DNA of 46,927 nucleotides from Methanosarcinales archaeon. Lineage in GTDB: Archaea > Halobacteriota > Syntropharchaeia > Alkanophagales > Methanospirareceae. Positions 46,196 through 46,927 of this stretch are shown in pieces; within the stretch, counting starts at the first letter, position 1, and each line of letters begins with the position of its first letter. The translations under genes and the position numbers were made by a program. The notes under the pieces were generated by a model. That model had not been told where the DNA came from. It was given only the letters and a program-made list of their open reading frames with translations, and ran no database searches. The stretch covers positions 1-46,927 of the forward strand of contig JAODGL010000092.1 of the NCBI GenBank assembly GCA_025464585.1, written 5' to 3'.

Positions 46196-46229
46196 GAGGT
46201 AAGAATAAAAAAGGAAGAGGGAGAGAATA

Positions 46230-46526
46230 ATGTCAGAAGAGGGAAAAAAGAAAGAGGAGCCAGAGAAGGAGATAGACGCTGAGGTAGAAGAGGAAGTGAT
46301 GGAGAAAGTGGAAGAGGAACTGAAGGAGTTGATCGTTCCTGTTCCAATTGCGCTCACACCACCGGAGCATACGAAATTGCTGGACAGATTAAGAGTGATG
46401 GACGAGAAAGTGGAGTTTGTGGCTGGTGAACTCGCGCAGAAACAGGGAGAGAAATTGGGGTTTGCAATAGGGACTTTATACGGCGTGGTGATAGGAATAT
46501 TAATATATGTTCTATTTGTAATATAA
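46230..46526 (+). CDS. mtrG: Tetrahydromethanopterin S-methyltransferase subunit G
   Basis: 98 aa. LDRLRVMDEKVEFVAGELAQKQGEKLG followed by a TM helix. Acidic N-terminal extension. Confidence 0.9.
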   Translation: MSEEGKKKEEPEKEIDAEVEEEVMEKVEEELKELIVPVPIALTPPEHTKLLDRLRVMDEKVEFVAGELAQKQGEKLGFAIGTLYGVVIGILIYVLFVI

Positions 46527-46553
46527 AATAAAGAAAGGAGGCAAGAGGTAAAA

Positions 46554-46927
46554 ATGTTTGTATTTGATAGGAAACAGGATATATATGAAATAGGGAAGAC
46601 AAGGGTAGGAGGTCAGCCGGGAGAGGTAGCAACTGTTCTCGCAGGCACGATATTCTATGCGAAACACGACATCGTTGAGGACGCGGATAAAGGTATATTT
46701 GACAAGAAGCGCGCGGAGGATGCAATAAACAAACAGGATGAGATGTCGGATATAACCGGGAACCCATGCTGGATACAGATATTCTCGGAATCGGAAGAGG
46801 CAATGGTGAAAGAGATAGAGTTCTGTACAAAAATAAGCGATAGCCCTTTCTTGATTGATTCCACCGTTGCGGAAGCGAAGATGGCAGGAGCTAAATATTG
46901 CGATGAAGTGGGACTGGCAGATAAGGC
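46554..46927 (+). CDS. mtrH: Tetrahydromethanopterin S-methyltransferase subunit H, 5' part (runs off the right edge)
   Basis: My own translation from the ATG at 46554: MFVFDRKQDIYEIGKTRVGGQPGEVATVLAGTIFY..., typical MtrH N-terminus. GGAGG lies 14 nt upstream. Absent from the ORF track because it is truncated. Confidence 0.9.
   Translation, partial: MFVFDRKQDIYEIGKTRVGGQPGEVATVLAGTIFYAKHDIVEDADKGIFDKKRAEDAINKQDEMSDITGNPCWIQIFSESEEAMVKEIEFCTKISDSPFLIDSTVAEAKMAGAKYCDEVGLADK

Noticed and set aside
46354-46830. 158-aa minus-strand ORF across mtrG/mtrH
   Set aside because: Antisense to two canonical mtr genes, with P/S/L-rich composition.
1-46927. CRISPR arrays, rRNA or tRNA genes, intact insertion sequences or prophage
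   Set aside because: I saw no regularly spaced direct repeats, no rRNA-like conserved stretches and no cloverleaf-compatible sequences in the intergenic regions. The only transposase signal is a C-terminal fragment without inverted repeats.

Overview
This is a densely coding 46.9-kb chromosomal segment from a methane-metabolising euryarchaeon, either a methanogen or an ANME-type methanotroph with Methanosarcinales/ANME-like gene content. All calls come from reading the translated ORFs and the raw sequence; no database search was possible. Diagnostic genes: mtrEDCBAFG plus the 5' end of mtrH (runs off the right edge); an mvhD / Fe-S / hdrC / hdrB / hdrA operon with an unusual 905-aa tandem HdrA; methanogenesis-marker-type genes (marker 7, marker 17, an ASKHA-type marker 14/15, and marker 8); GGGP synthase; archaeal ribosomal proteins L19e-L18-S5-L30; and hypF/hypC, glnA, trpEG, queC, larA, sufS, cooC, dCMP deaminase and family-4 UDG. 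I recognised no rRNA, tRNA or CRISPR array. Two short patches of gene decay bracket the hdr operon: DUF1016 and SIR2-like remnants at 21.0-22.4 kb, and methyltransferase and IS630 transposase remnants at 28.3-29.8 kb. The best candidate for an undescribed system is a self-contained three-gene module at 14.16-18.41 kb. It encodes a small polytopic membrane protein, then a 900-aa protein with a clear tubulin/FtsZ GTPase core (GGGTGSS signature, T7-like WLDLNDL) fused to long coiled coils, then a translationally coupled signal-peptide/TM protein with a cytoplasmic coiled-coil tail.
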